DNA of 6,825 nucleotides from a virus (Duplodnaviria; Heunggongvirae; Uroviricota; Caudoviricetes): IMG/VR virus record IMGVR_UViG_2609460344_000002; one strand, 5' to 3'. Shown piece by piece: positions 6,516 to 6,825 of this stretch (position 1 is its first letter; each line of letters starts with the position of its first letter). The notes under the pieces were generated by a model. It saw only the letters and a program-made list of their open reading frames with translations, ran no database searches and was not told where the DNA came from. The position numbers and the translations under genes were made by a program.

Positions 6516-6825
6516 CGGAACGGGAACTGTCCATTATTCGTGCACTGGGAGAAGAATTCTCCACAGTGCTGGCGGATTTACAGCGCACATTTGAGGGGAA
6601 GATGGCCTCGCAGGCACAAGCGTTTGAAGAGAAACTGACTTCCCTGTCGGCGGTATTACAGAAGCATGTGACGGTGGATGAGGTGCGTCCGGTTCTGCAG
6701 GCGATGGTGGATGACGCTGTGGGGGCCATTCCGGTACCGCGTGATGGTCGTGATTATGATCCGGATGTACTGCAGCAGGCGGTGAATGATGCGGTCGCAA
6801 ATATTCCGCAGCCGGCGGACGGTAA
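6512..6825 (+). CDS. Hypothetical protein, 5' part only (runs off window end); coiled-coil N-terminus then Pro/Asp/Gly-rich segment
   Basis: ATG at 6512-6514 overlaps the portal stop (ATGA), suggesting translational coupling. Open frame of 104 codons to the window end: MTERELSIIRALGEEFSTVLADLQRTFEGKMASQAQAFEEKL...IPVPRDGRDYDPDVLQQAVNDAVANIPQPADG. Not in the ORF track because it has no stop in the window. Family not recognised. Confidence 0.55.
   Translation, partial: MTERELSIIRALGEEFSTVLADLQRTFEGKMASQAQAFEEKLTSLSAVLQKHVTVDEVRPVLQAMVDDAVGAIPVPRDGRDYDPDVLQQAVNDAVANIPQPADG

Overview
The window is a tailed-phage DNA-packaging and head-morphogenesis module, entirely on the + strand, with codon usage and GC content that look enterobacterial. 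It is most likely part of a prophage or phage-derived element. Order: HNH endonuclease (5' end at or beyond the window edge) -> AT-rich intergenic region with a dense cluster of GTTAAC-containing inverted and direct repeats (putative terminase recognition site) -> small terminase (N-terminal HTH) -> large terminase, whose ATPase core is interrupted by about 450 bp encoding a lambda gpJ-like tail-fibre fragment in a different reading frame -> terminator-like hairpin -> single 645-aa ORF fusing an HK97-type prohead protease to an HK97-fold major capsid protein -> GC hairpin -> small ORF -> portal protein -> 5' part of an unidentified gene coupled to the portal stop. No rRNA, tRNA, CRISPR array or IS element was seen. 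All minus-strand ORFs in the track look like shadow ORFs of the + strand genes. The main anomalies are the chimeric large terminase, the capsid-before-portal order and the repeat cluster. All family assignments rest on motif recognition by eye and recalled protein sequences; no searches were run.
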